A DNA stretch of 64,000 nucleotides from positions 31,124,001 through 31,188,000 of the forward strand of contig NW_026262668.1 in the NCBI RefSeq assembly GCF_021869535.1, written 5' to 3'. Under the pieces are notes generated by a model that did not search any database, was not told the DNA's origin, and saw only the letters and a program-made list of their open reading frames with translations. This document shows positions 39,978 through 52,360 of the stretch, piece by piece. The position numbers were made by a program, and so were the translations under genes. Each line of letters opens with the position of its first letter. Positions within the stretch are counted from its first letter, which is position 1. This DNA comes from Mytilus californianus. Its lineage: Eukaryota.

Positions 39978-41994
39978 GCAGTCTTATTCTTGTCCTAAAC
40001 ATATTAGTCGAAAGGAAAAAAAACAGGACCACGACCAACAAACAACAGACCAACACATCACTTTATAAAAAATTAACGGTTGGGCAAAACAACCCCCCCC
40101 CCCCCTCCCCCATAGAAAAAAAAAGAAAACAAACATTGGTTAACAACTCAGTGTTACGGCCAGAAATCACCTTTAAATGATAGCCAACAAAAGACACAAA
40201 TCAATAATAAAATTTAACAAGATTTATTATACACAAGTTAACAAGTAGTATTACACAAATAGAAATGTCAACTTTACTGACAAAATATAAGTCGGATCCT
40301 TTATCTTTTCTATATCCAGAATCCTTCTCGTAACTGTACGGAAATCCAAACAGAATATTACGTCCAATAAGTCACAATCTAGTATGATGTTGTTCGTAAA
40401 TAAAAGTGTTTAACAACTCCAGAGAACTTCTGAGAATCCAATGTCTATAGATATAGGAAGATGTGGTATGAGTGCCAATGAGACAACTCTCCATTCAAGT
40501 TACAATTTATAAAAGTAAACCATTATATGTCTGAAAGTTTAACTTTAGTGTCTGTATATATATACCTAGCAAACATAAAAACATCTTTAAAATGTTTTTA
40601 AAATGTTGTGTCTAATGTCATGAAAATATCACAAAAAACGTGAGAAAAATATTAAATGTATGGTAGAATATATATCGCTAAAACGTTTTCTAATATATTT
40701 TCTAAAAATATTTGCATAATATAATTAAAATGTTGTAAAGAAATATCATGATAATGTGAAAAACAATGGCGTATAAAACATTTTGATAATCTTTTAAACA
40801 ATATTTTCTAGAAATATTTTCTGAACGTTGAAAAACATCATGAACATCAAATAATGTTATAAAAATGTTTTTTGGATGTTTTCTTGCAAATGAGACTGTG
40901 CCTAAAAAATGTTTTCAAAATGTTTTAAGAAGATGTTTTTGGTTGATATCTAGATCATATCAATATAAAAATTTCTGTACTTTTGATTGAGTTTCCTGCT
41001 TTTTTAAATAACAAATCATTAGTTAAATTAATTTATACACAGTGATTAATTCTTTATACAAACAAGAATAAATCAGTTGTTTTGCTAAGCATATGAAATT
41101 CACAATTCAAAGTCTCTAAAAACAAGAAGTATCTACAAATGTTGACGCATCCAAAAATGGCAGACACAACTCATCATGGTCAAGCCGCTTACCAAATATG
41201 AAGTCATTCTGTTCATCAGCGTTACTAATTAAAGTAATGAAAAATTTGAGAACATTCAACATTTTGAAATACAATGTATAAGCAAACAGGAAACAGGTGC
41301 CAGATACAAAAATGTTTACACATCACATTTCATCACTATCAAGCAGCTCATTAAATATGAACTCATCTTTATCAGCAGTTTTGGGAAAAACAGTGATGAA
41401 AATATTTGTTGGACAAAATCCGACAAATATAGGTGGACAGACGACAGACAGTGCAAGAAAGCCCACATTCCAACCACAATGGTATAATGTTTAGTTTTTC
41501 ACTCTCAACTTTTATTACCTATCTTATACACATCATGCATATGTCAACCTGAACATGCATGACATATATGCCATTGGACATTATGCAAACATTATACACA
41601 TTTTTAAGTTCAAGTTACACTGACTAAAACTTGTGTCCTAAATTCAGATTTTTCAATACAACTTCTCTTTCTAAACTAAAACGCTACACTTCTAATAGGG
41701 TTACATCTTAAGTCAATAATCATTGATAATTGGCTGAAGAGATGAGAACAAAACACCATTTTACATCAACTATTTGATTTATTTAAGAATACATTGAAAA
41801 AGTCAATCAATTGTCTTATTCAAAATCACTTGGAATGTCTTGTAGTGTCTTGTATCTTTTTCTTGCTGTGCCATGCTTCTGAAAAACAAATTAATCTTAC
41901 ATTCATATATAAACTTCTTGCACATTCCTTTATTATAGAACGATTCACGTTGCCTGAAGGATATACATCCCCTCCCCTTTAAAGTTTTGAAACA

Positions 41995-42060
41995 AATAAC
42001 GATGATAGTCTGTCGGAAGGGGACAATAAATGGCTGACCGTGTTAAGAGAGAGCAATATG
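41995..42060 (+). repeat. Possible SINE core fragment (Meta/MESC-like)
   Basis: GTCTGTCGGAAGGGGACAATAAATGGCTGACCGTGT resembles invertebrate SINE core domains; recognised from memory only. Confidence 0.3.
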
Positions 42061-43397
42061 CCACGCTGAACTTCATTTAGTTATTAAAAAAAAAAACACA
42101 TAAAATACTTTAGACTAGATATGTGTCCAGTCAAGAGTCTTATTTCATTATACTCGTAGATTGTTGTCTATCATATTTTTTTTCTTTTATTGTTTTGTAT
42201 AAATCAGGCTGTTGTTTTTCTTGTTTTTTTTAGTTTTCATTAAATGCATTGTATCATGTAGGGGCCTTTAAAAGCCCTGCTACATAATGTCATTAAACAT
42301 CTTATTGTCCTTTTTAAGTGTTAAACTCTGTAGAGTGACATAGTTTATAACTTGTCATTTGTATCTAAGGGCATATGATACAGTCCTAGTAGTATACTAT
42401 AGGCACATAATAACTTATCGAAGTGTTACGCATTGTTTTCGCAATGATGATAATAATATAACTTAACTTCCGAGAAACACACAGATGTCATTAAATGAGT
42501 TGTTTATATGTATTTGAAATACTTCAAAGGAAAGCAAATATGTTGTTTATGTAAGCACACTGTTGAACTAAAAGATTGATTCAAATAAACAACTTGTTTC
42601 TATTTTGTCACAAAAAAAATAATTTATTCAAATTTCCAGATATCTTTTCTGTATTGTATGCCCTCAATCTTGAATGTAATGCATTGTTTATGCTAAATAT
42701 TTGAATTAAATTTGGAATAACAGTAATTCTGTATAAAAATCTTACTTCAAAAAAAAATTCTCCTGAAAGGTTGTAGACATTCCAAAGAACCTGCATATTG
42801 AAGTTGTCTTTTGTGGCTTTTCTTTTAGCCCCTGTTGAAAAAATAAAAGATACATTGTATGTACATTGTGTGTATGAAGCAATAAATATAATTTTAAGCA
42901 ACAGTTTATATTATCTTGCTTGTACTGAAGTCTTACATAGTCTTTGTAATGTTCATAAAGCTGTTAAGGGAAATTTAATTTACTGTTTTGTAAATACATA
43001 CTCATACACTGATTTTACTAGAAAAAAAATATCCATATTCAAATGGTGCTTATATTAGTGTTATTGTAACTTGTTTGTGTGCCTCGGAGACAAGGTAATG
43101 AGTCATGCTTATTGCAATAGTTGTTGGTTTAAGTCTGTCAAATTTCTTTTTCATAATGTGTATTTACTGTAGGCAGTTAGTTGTTTTGTTTCAATCGTGT
43201 TGAGACAAATTTAACATTTGTTTGTCAAGGCTTCAAAGTGGACTATATGTTATTGGTTTTCTCAGTTTTGAAAGCCGTACAGCGACCTATAATTTCTTTT
43301 ATCCAAGTCATTTAAATTTTGGTGGATAGCTGTCTCATACACCTTATTTCGAAATCTGTCCCGCTTGAACTTTTTACGTCAGCATACGTCATACAAT

Positions 43398-43690
43398 AAT
43401 ACACCTTATCGCTATTCCCGCTTGACCCGAGAATCTATCCTGCTTGAACTTTTGACGTCAAACAACAATCACTTTTCCATTGTGGCATCAGATATTTTTT
43501 ATGATGACATCAAAATTTTAAGGGAACTTGTGACAGTTGTGTGATGTCCAGTAATGGCGGACAAATAGCAATAAGGTGTATTACTTTCAATTGTGGTGTC
43601 AAATATTTTCTAATATGACGTCAACATTTTACAGGAACTTTTGTAATGTCCATGGCCAGTAATGGCGGACAAATAGCGATAAGGTGTATT
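43398..43690. mobile_element. Small TIR element with a duplicated right end
   Basis: Left AATACACCTTATCGCTATT (43398); right AATAGC(A/G)ATAAGGTGTATT at 43564-43582 and again at 43672-43690. Confidence 0.65.
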
Positions 43691-45599
43691 GGCAATCAAA
43701 CACATAAGCCACATATCCTTATAATTTTTTTATATCAATGAACAAATTCATAATTGGTGTACGTAGATGCTTGAACAGTGGTGGATTTAGGGGCCCCGAC
43801 CCCCTTATGGAGCTACTTATAAGATAAATGCATAGACTATTTACAAGTATCACTCCAAACGTTTGCTTGCCTTGGGCAGGGCCCCCTTTTTTCAAAACCT
43901 TGATCCGCACCTCCAGAAACAGATGTAATTTGGTTCCGATTATGATTGAACACACACAATGAATGCACAAGTTTCATCTTAACAGATTATAGTAATCATT
44001 CTTACCAAGTGAGTATATATCGCGTAACAAACAATTTTCTTGGCTCTCTTTGTTGATATCCTGTCTTCGTTTCGAAATTCAAATTTCAAAATCATTTCCG
44101 GTGATAAAACAAAAGTCGATTCCGGAAAAGGTCGGTTTTCCGTAAGGCATATAAACGATACGAAAATTGAACTTAGTACAGTTACAGTTTTCATTTCTTA
44201 ATTTCTAAAATATACACGAACGAAATGAATAAACATTAAAGAAAGGTGATTGTTTATTAATACATTATTGCTTAATTTAATGTTGACTCTTTTGAATATT
44301 AATATAAGAAGGAATAAAATTTGACTTCAAGGATCTTCAAGATATCAATTAAGGATTTCAACCATAGTATCTTGCTTGTCATGATATTGATGAAATGTAG
44401 TACTATATCTTATCCTGAAAAGAACGAGCTAATTCCACAAATCGTTGTTTGTGGGGTTTTGAATCAAGTTTAAATAAAATGTTATTTTTATATCCGTAAA
44501 ATGTTGAATAAAATATCAGTAAGACTATTAAGTAATGTGTATGTCAGAATATTTTATAGAAAACATTTAGCTGATATTTTTATTTTATTTAGATTCAAAT
44601 TGAGATAGCTTTGCTTATAATCTCTAATTGCGAGATATAAGCTGTAGTGAATTTCTTTGGTGTAATATAGTTAATAATCAATCTCCTTTTTTAGAAGTTT
44701 TTTTTACCGATTGCGAAAAAAATCTTCTCAGAGATGATACCTATAAGTGTGTCTATTTGGTATCTTTTAATTATACATTGATCTCGTTTTTAGAAGTTTT
44801 TTTCTATTTCGAAAAAAATCCTCTCAGAGATGATGTCTATAAGCAATAATCTTATTTCTTTGAAATTTGCTACATCGGTCTCGTTTTTTAGAAGTTTTTT
44901 TCTATTTCGAAAAAAATCCTCTCAGAGATGATGTCTATATGCAATAATCTTGTTTCTTTGAAATTTGCTAAGCACTTACGAGTACGCTAACATTGCGCGG
45001 GATAAGAACGTGTATATACGTGTTGGCTTGTGATTGGTTCGTGAAATATATTCATAAATTGTTGTAGAGCAAAGGAGAAAGTTGATTGGTTAATGAAAAA
45101 GCATCATATGTTGAACAGAACTACGTCACACAGCGTATGACCTAACCTCTCAAATACTGAAATATTTCGTCATGTAATGTAATTTCCAAATATCTTAAAT
45201 TATATCTAATAAAGATGCAAGCATAGTAGTATTTTATATAATTTAATGCAATAATATGAATTAGTAACAGTAATATTACATGTGAATATAAATATATCAG
45301 CTCTTAAAGAATCTCACATCTGCGTACTAGTTGGTAAAAATTAACAAATTGTCCGAGACGGACATAATCTTGAAACTTTATAGTCTTTATAAAAATAAAA
45401 TAGAATGTAATACTAGTATCATTACCTGCTGAGTTAAACTAATTATGAATTCCAGATATTTTAGTACCAGCTGTGTCCATAAATTAATCCAGTTTTCATA
45501 AATATTATATATAATTATGTCGTAATGTTCCCTGAATTTTAATTTTGAGCACTTTGAGCACTGAGTATTGTTGTGTAAGTGTAATAATATGCAGTGTAG

Positions 45600-46418
45600 T
45601 TAATATTCGAAGTGGCGACGTCTTCCTCTGAACGATCCTCTGTTGTTTCTGCTGTTTCTATTGTCTCTCATACTGTTTTTTAACTCATCCATTTCCCTTC
45701 TGAGTTTTGCAAGTTCTGTTTCTTCTTCCCTCTGGGATTTCCTTTTTATCTGACCAACTTCATTTTTTAACTTCTGTACATCTCCTCCTCTCTCGTTTTT
45801 GATTTCCTCTTTACTAATTGGTTTTAGCGCTGCCTCTCTATATTTTTCTGCCCACTTTTCTTTGACTTCTTGCACTTGATTATTCAGTTTAGTAATATTT
45901 TTTCCGTTTTTGATTTTTGTACAGGCTTCCCTCCATATCTGTTCGCTATTAGTTTGCATTTTTTCCGAATGCTCCGTGGCTGCTTGTAACATTGTTTCCC
46001 GGAAACTTGTTCTAATGTTTTTATTGAGATCCTGAATTTTGCCTCAAAAGAAAAGTTCAGTGTCACTAGATCCTAGCTGTGGATTAAATGATGCCTTTTG
46101 TATCCTGGCATAGTCTGGTAATTCATCTCCTTTAAAACGTCTAAGGTCCCTTGTCAAGGTGGCGGTGTTGTGTCTCCTCGATAGCATTCCGTTAATGTTT
46201 CTAATACAGTTATTTATTTCTTGACTGTCATTGTCGTTCTCAAATTCTTCATCAAGATTCCCAAGATTGAAGTTGATTAGTATTATCTGGGGTAGAGTTA
46301 TTCTTTGTCCCGATGGTATCTCGTCATTCATGTTCCCTAATTCCAGGTCGGACTCTGTGTTTGACATGTTGTTCTGGTTACTAGGTTTTTTCTTTAGAGT
46401 CAGTTTGCTTCTATCCAT
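45600..46418 (-). pseudogene. Coiled-coil ORF of copy A with one premature stop
   Basis: Colinear with 50431-51249 except for a few substitutions, including CGA>TGA at 46044-46046. Confidence 0.85.
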
Positions 46419-47452
46419 GTGAATTCAGTAGAGTATTCTGTCAGATATAGTCACTGTCTAGGCGTATTTGTATTGCATCAAAGGTTTCCGCTGCATTGTT
46501 TTAGCACAAAGGACATTTCCTAAATGGTTTTACAGATTCCCATCAATGTTGTACCCATCAATAAATCTACATTTGATACGTTTTTGCGGTAGGTATATAG
46601 AACTTTGCAAGTGTGCTTTTATGGCTCAAATTATAAATTGACCATTTAATAATGTGATTTTAATTCCATAATTACTTGTATTCTTTCCGTCTCCGAGGTC
46701 TGCATTAAATATGCGAATCGACGTTATATTTAAAAAAAAACCAAACCATATTTTTTATAGATTGCTTTTTAAATAGAATTATTTTAACTTCAATTTTCAT
46801 CTGTAATGTAGTATTTAGGATATTATTTCAGTTCATATCACATCCCATTGTTCAATAATGCTGATTATCAGTATAATAGAGACAATGCATTAATAAGTCT
46901 ACTAGGAGATTACCAAGATTCACAAAATCAAGGCAATACGGAGGTTGGACAACGTGTGAAGCAGAGACTTCGAACATACAATTTATAAATAGCCGTGTCC
47001 ATTACCAATCCCAGCAAAACATTTGTCAATAGGTGAAATATATCGATTTCTGTATAGACTTTTCTAAAGTTATGCTGCGTATACTATACATTTATTTTGT
47101 GGTTATTTCTATCGTAGCCTGATTTGACCTTTTATAAATAGCCGTGTCCATTACCAATCCCAGCAACACATATTAACACCTTTGTCAATAGGTGAATTAT
47201 ATATCGATATCTGTACAGACTTTTCTAAAGAAGTTATGCTGCATATATATTTATTTTGTGGTTATTTCTATCGTAGCCTGATTTGACCTTTCTTATGTAA
47301 AATAATTACTGTTAGAAAGGTGTGTGTCTGTGAGAAGATTATCTGGTTTTACTCATTTGCATATAGGCAATGGTTATTCATCTGTAATGATGTGTGGTAA
47401 TTAAGTAGAAGTCTTCGATTTTCAATGATTTAAAAATGATTAAGCTGCACCT

Positions 47453-47610
47453 GGTGTTTCGGATATCATTTAGGTCATTTTTGACCAAGGCCGTAAATCT
47501 TCATCAGGTACCCTAGCCTTGTATAATTATAATTACTATGTAATTACAATTCGATTAGTTCTTGCTGTGGTAACATATCAAATGTAGTAGTATTTTTAGG
47601 GCACGACACC
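47453..47610 (-). ncRNA. Type III hammerhead ribozyme, copy A
   Basis: Same fold as 54405-54562, but the first stem II pair is A-C instead of G-C. Confidence 0.75.
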
Positions 47611-47682
47611 TGGTGAATCTGCAATATCATTATTATTTTTGTGTCCTTTCTTATCTAATTACTATTTAATTGTTTACAGTGA

Positions 47683-49653
47683 TTATAATTTTGCCGAGGT
47701 CAAGTACTCCTTCACGTTCTTATGTTTACCATAAGCAATCATAGGTGGTCTGGGAAATAAATTCTTAGCAATTATATCATTTTCAATTAAATGCCAATGT
47801 TTTCTTATTCGTCTTCCCAATTGTTTAAAGAGTGGATTGAATTTAGTTGCTAGTACTAGTGGTGGACAGTTTTGTTTATTTCTTTTTTTATAACATAATG
47901 TATTCTGTCTGTTTTTTCTCAGTGTTTTATCTATCAACGGATTAATTTCAGTTTCCAAGTATCCTCTTAGTGTAAGTTTTTGTTTGAATACTTCTATCTG
48001 TGTGTCGAGGTCATCTCTGTTACAACACGATCTAATGAACCTTGTAATTTCACCAATTATAAATCCTTTGAATACAGATGCTGGGTGAGCAGACGATTTT
48101 TCTAAGTATTGGTAATTATCTGTAGGTTTGCGATATAATTTGACATCTAATATCTTTTCTGTTTCAAATCGGGTTCCTTTAAATATTGTTACATCCAAAA
48201 ACTGTATTTGATTATTAGAGATTTCATGAGTAAATTTTAATAGTGGGTGAATACTATTTGCAATTTGGTAAAATTCCTTAAGAGATTGTTCGCTTCCTTT
48301 AAATAATAAGAATCCGTCATCTCTGTAGACAGAAAGAAGAGAAATGTCCGACGAGTATGGAAAGCGTTTCAATATTTCAGAAACGATTTCGTATATTCTT
48401 ATATCTGTTAAACTAGGCGACATTGGGGATACCATTGGAACCCCAATTTTCTGTTTGAAAATTTGCCCGTTGAATTCAAATTCATTATTTGCAAGGGCAA
48501 TTTTAAGTAATTCCAGTAAAGCCTTTTTGGGTGGCACTGGGATGTCAAATTTACACTGCATTATTAGTGGCCATGCTCTGTCAATTGCATTAATAATTTC
48601 AGTATGATGTAGATTGGTGTACATACTTGAAATGTCAAATGAGCTCATTAATATGTCCGCAGGTGCTCTTATTTTTTCCAATTTGTTTATGAAGGAAGTT
48701 GTATCTTGTGTGTATGTCCAAAATTTATTGACAACTGGTTTAATAAAATAATCGATCTATTGTGCAATTTTTTCCAATGGGCTATTACATAAGGATACGA
48801 TCGGTCTTCCTGGAACGTTTACATTCTGTAAATGATTGATATCAGTTTTAATCTTTTGTTTATCCGATTGATTAATTTTATGAAGTTTTGGTAGGAAGTA
48901 TAGTCTCCCTAATCTATTTCCCTGGTCATTTATTAAAAACTTAAATGTAACTTCATCAATGTAGGATTCATTGTGTAGACGATGAATAATAGTGTTGATA
49001 CTTTCTAGTATTTCCGTTGTATGAGATTCGTTAATTCTTTCATAGTGTACATTGTCATTTAATTGGTCTTTTGCCATTTTTATATATAGCTCTTTATCAA
49101 GAACAACTGTTGAGGAGTTTTTATCTGCCTTTTTGATAATGATACGATCATTTGAACGTAGTGATTGTAATGCTTTTCTTTCATTTTTAGGCAGGTTGTC
49201 CTTAAATGATTTAATTTGTATTTTTTCCAATTCAATTCTTGTCGAAAATAAGTAATTTTTAATTGCATTATTAGCCCAGTTTGGCTTATAACCACTTTTG
49301 GAAAGAAATGGATGACGATTGTATTGGTGAGATCCATCATCAAAATGATATTTGCATCTCATTTTACGGGCTAGTTCATTGAAGTCATTTATGAGAGTTT
49401 TCTTAGCGTTTCGAAGATTTGGACTAGGAATGAATTTAAGTCCTTTCGCTAGAACTAGAATTTCAGCATTACATAACTTTTCTTTTGTGAATATATCAAC
49501 ATATTTTGCAGCTCTCTGTACTTTTTCCGTGTGTTTATATTGTCGTCTCTTATGTTGTCGGTTTATATTGTATATTTTCCTTTTTTCTTTATTTTTAGTA
49601 ATTTTGCGTTTCTTATCACTAGCTTTGAACGATCTATTCTTTCTATTAGACAT
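47683..49653 (-). pseudogene. PLE reverse transcriptase (656 codons) with one in-frame TAG, no GIY-YIG
   Basis: LAKGLKFIP, KKADK, LPKLHK, GRPIVS, SFDISSMYT, VYRDDGF. TAT>TAG at 48757-48759; the two track ORFs are in the same frame. Confidence 0.9.
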
Positions 49654-50430
49654 GATTGGATGATTAGTCTTCCTTGTGTGCTTCTTCTTATATATATAAT
49701 AATTTACGTCTTTGAGTTTGAATTGATATGCTTAGTTCAGATTCAAATTGAGATAGCTTTGCTTATAATCTCTAATTGCGAGATATAAGCTGAAGTGAAT
49801 TTCTTTGGTGTAATATAGTTAATAATCAATCTACTTTTTTAGAAGTTTTTTTTAGGCTATTTATAAATTGTATGTTCGAAGTCTCTGCTTCACACGTTGT
49901 CCAACCTCCGTATTGCCTTGATTTTGTGAATCTTGGTAATCTCCTAGTAGACTTATTAATGCATTGTCTCTATTATACTGATAATCAGCATTATTGAACA
50001 ATGGGATGTGATATGAACTGAAATAATATCCTAAATACTACATTACAGATGAAAATTGAAGTTAAAATAATTCTATTTAAAAAGCAATCTATAAAAAATA
50101 TGGTTTGGTTTTTTTTTAAATATAACGTCGATTCGCATATTTAATGCAGACCTCGGAGACGGAAAGAATACAAGTAATTATGGAATTAAAATCACATTAT
50201 TAAATGGTCAATTTATAATTTGAGCCATAAAAGCACACTTTCAAAGTTCGGTATACCTACCGCAAAAACGTATCAAATGTAGATTTATTGATGGGTACAA
50301 CATTGATGGGAATCTGTAAAACCATTTAGGAAATGTCCTTTGTGCTAAAACAATGCAGCGGAAACCTTTGATGCAATACAAATACGCCTAGACAGTGACT
50401 ATATCTGACAGAATACTCTACTGAATTCAC

Positions 50431-51249
50431 ATGGATAAAAGCAAACTGACTCTAAAGAAAAAACCTAGTAACCAGAACAACATGTCAAACACAGAGTCCG
50501 ACCTGGAATTAGGGAACATGAATGACGAGATACCATCGGGACAAAGAATAACTCTACCCCAGTTAATACCAATCAACTTCAATCTTGGGAATCTTGATGA
50601 AGAATTTGAGAACGACAATGACAGTCAAGAAATAAATAACTGTATTAGAAACATTAACGAAATGCTATCGAGGAAACACTACACCGCCACCTTGACAAGG
50701 GACCTTAGACGTTTTAAAGGAGATGAATTACCAGACTATGCCAGGATACAAAAGGCATCATTTAATCCACAGCTAGGATCTAGTGACACTGAACTTTTCT
50801 TTCGAGGCAAAATTCAGGATTTCAATAAAAACATTAGAACAAGTTTCCGGGAAACAATGTTACAAGCAGCCACGGAGCATTCGGAAAAAATGCAAACTAA
50901 TAGCGAACAGATATGGAGGGATGCCTGTACAAAAATCAAAAACGGAAAAAATATTACTAAACTGAATAATCAAGTGCAAGAAGTCAAAGAAAAGTGGGCA
51001 GAAAAATATAGAGAGGCAGCGCTAAAACCGATTAGTAAAGAGGAAATCAAAAACGAGAGAGGAGGAGATGTACAGAAGTTAAAAAATGAAGTTGGTCAGA
51101 TAAAAAGGAAATCCCAGAGGGAAGAAGAAACAGAACTTGCAAAACTCAGAAGGGAAATGGATGAGTTAAAAAACAGTATGAGAGACAATAGAAACAGCAG
51201 AAACAACAGAGGATCGTTCAGAGGAAGACGTCGCCACTTCGAATATTAA
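50431..51249 (+). CDS. 272-aa coiled-coil protein with Arg-rich C-terminus (PLE accessory ORF), intact
   Basis: Uninterrupted ORF with charged heptad-like segments (KLNNQVQEVKEKW...LAKLRREMDELKNSM) and tail RNNRGSFRGRRRHFEY; conserved in copy A. Confidence 0.75.
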   Translation: MDKSKLTLKKKPSNQNNMSNTESDLELGNMNDEIPSGQRITLPQLIPINFNLGNLDEEFENDNDSQEINNCIRNINEMLSRKHYTATLTRDLRRFKGDELPDYARIQKASFNPQLGSSDTELFFRGKIQDFNKNIRTSFRETMLQAATEHSEKMQTNSEQIWRDACTKIKNGKNITKLNNQVQEVKEKWAEKYREAALKPISKEEIKNERGGDVQKLKNEVGQIKRKSQREEETELAKLRREMDELKNSMRDNRNSRNNRGSFRGRRRHFEY

Positions 51250-51892
51250 CTACACTGCATATTATTACACTTACACAACAATACTCAGTGCTCAAAGTGC
51301 TCAAAATTAAAATTCAGGGAACATTACGACATAATTATATATAATATTTATGATAGCGATATATTTATAAAAACTGGATTAATTTATGGACACAGCTGGT
51401 ACTAAAATATCTGGAATTCATAATTAGTTTAACTCAGCAGGTAATGATACTAGTATTACATTCTATTTTATTTTTATCAAGACTATAAAGTTTCAAGATT
51501 ATGTCCGTCTCGGACAATTTGTTAATTTTTACCAACTAGTACGCAGATGTGAGATTCTTTAAGAGCTGATATATTTATATTCACATGTAATATTACTGTT
51601 ACTTATTCATATTATTGCATTAAATTATATAAAATACTACTATGCTTGCATCTTTATTAGATATAATTTAAGATATTTGGAAATTACATTACATGACGAA
51701 TAATTTCAGTATTTGAGAGGTTAGGTCATACGCTGTGTGACGTAGTTCTGTTCAACATATGATGCTTTTTCATTAACCAATCAACTTTCTCCTTTGCTCT
51801 ACAACAATTCATGAATATATTTCACGAACCAATCACAAGCCAACACGTATATACACGTTCTTATCCCGCGCAATGTTAGCGTACTCTTAAGT

Positions 51893-52180
51893 GCTTAGCA
51901 AATTTCAAAGAAACAAGATTATTGCATATAGACATCATCTCTGAGAGGATTTTTTTCGAAATAGAAAAAAACTTCTAAAAAACGAGACCGATGTAGCAAA
52001 TTTCAAAGAAATAAGATTATTGCTTATAGACATCATCTCTGAGAGGATTTTTTTCGAAATAGAAAAAAACTTCTAAAAACGAGATCAATGTATAATTAAA
52101 AGATACCAAATAGACACATTTATAGGTATCATCTCTGAGAAGATTTTTTTCGCAATCGGTAAAAAAAACTTCTAAAAAAG
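51893..52180 (+). repeat. About three ~97-bp tandem units upstream of the RT (mirrored at ~44690-44975)
   Basis: Repeated CATCTCTGAGA(G/A)GATTTTTTTCG(A/C)AAT...AAAAAAACTTCTAAAAA. Confidence 0.85.
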
Positions 52181-52360
52181 GAGATTGATTATTAACTATA
52201 TTACACCAAAGAAATTCACTACAGCTTATATCTCGCAATTAGAGATTATAAGCAAAGCTATCTCAATTTGAATCTGAACTAAGCATATCAATTCAAACTC
52301 AAAGACGTAAATTATTATATATATAAGAAGAAGCACACAAAGAAGACTAATCATCCAATC

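Larger units (their letters stand above)
44591..49854 (-). mobile_element. Endonuclease-less Penelope-like element, copy A (order RT - ribozyme - direct repeats - coiled-coil ORF), with ~115-bp terminal redundancy
   Basis: Near-identical to the reverse complement of 49855-55043 but permuted; 44591-44706 recurs at 49739-49854. Confidence 0.9.

Noticed and set aside
40560-40940. AAAATGTT-rich segment starting CCTAGCAAACAT, resembling an EnSpm/CMC-type end
   Set aside because: Only one end is visible and it is low-complexity, so it cannot be classified.
48757-48759. Programmed read-through of the in-frame stop in the copy A RT
   Set aside because: Copy B has TAT (Tyr) here, so it is a private point mutation.
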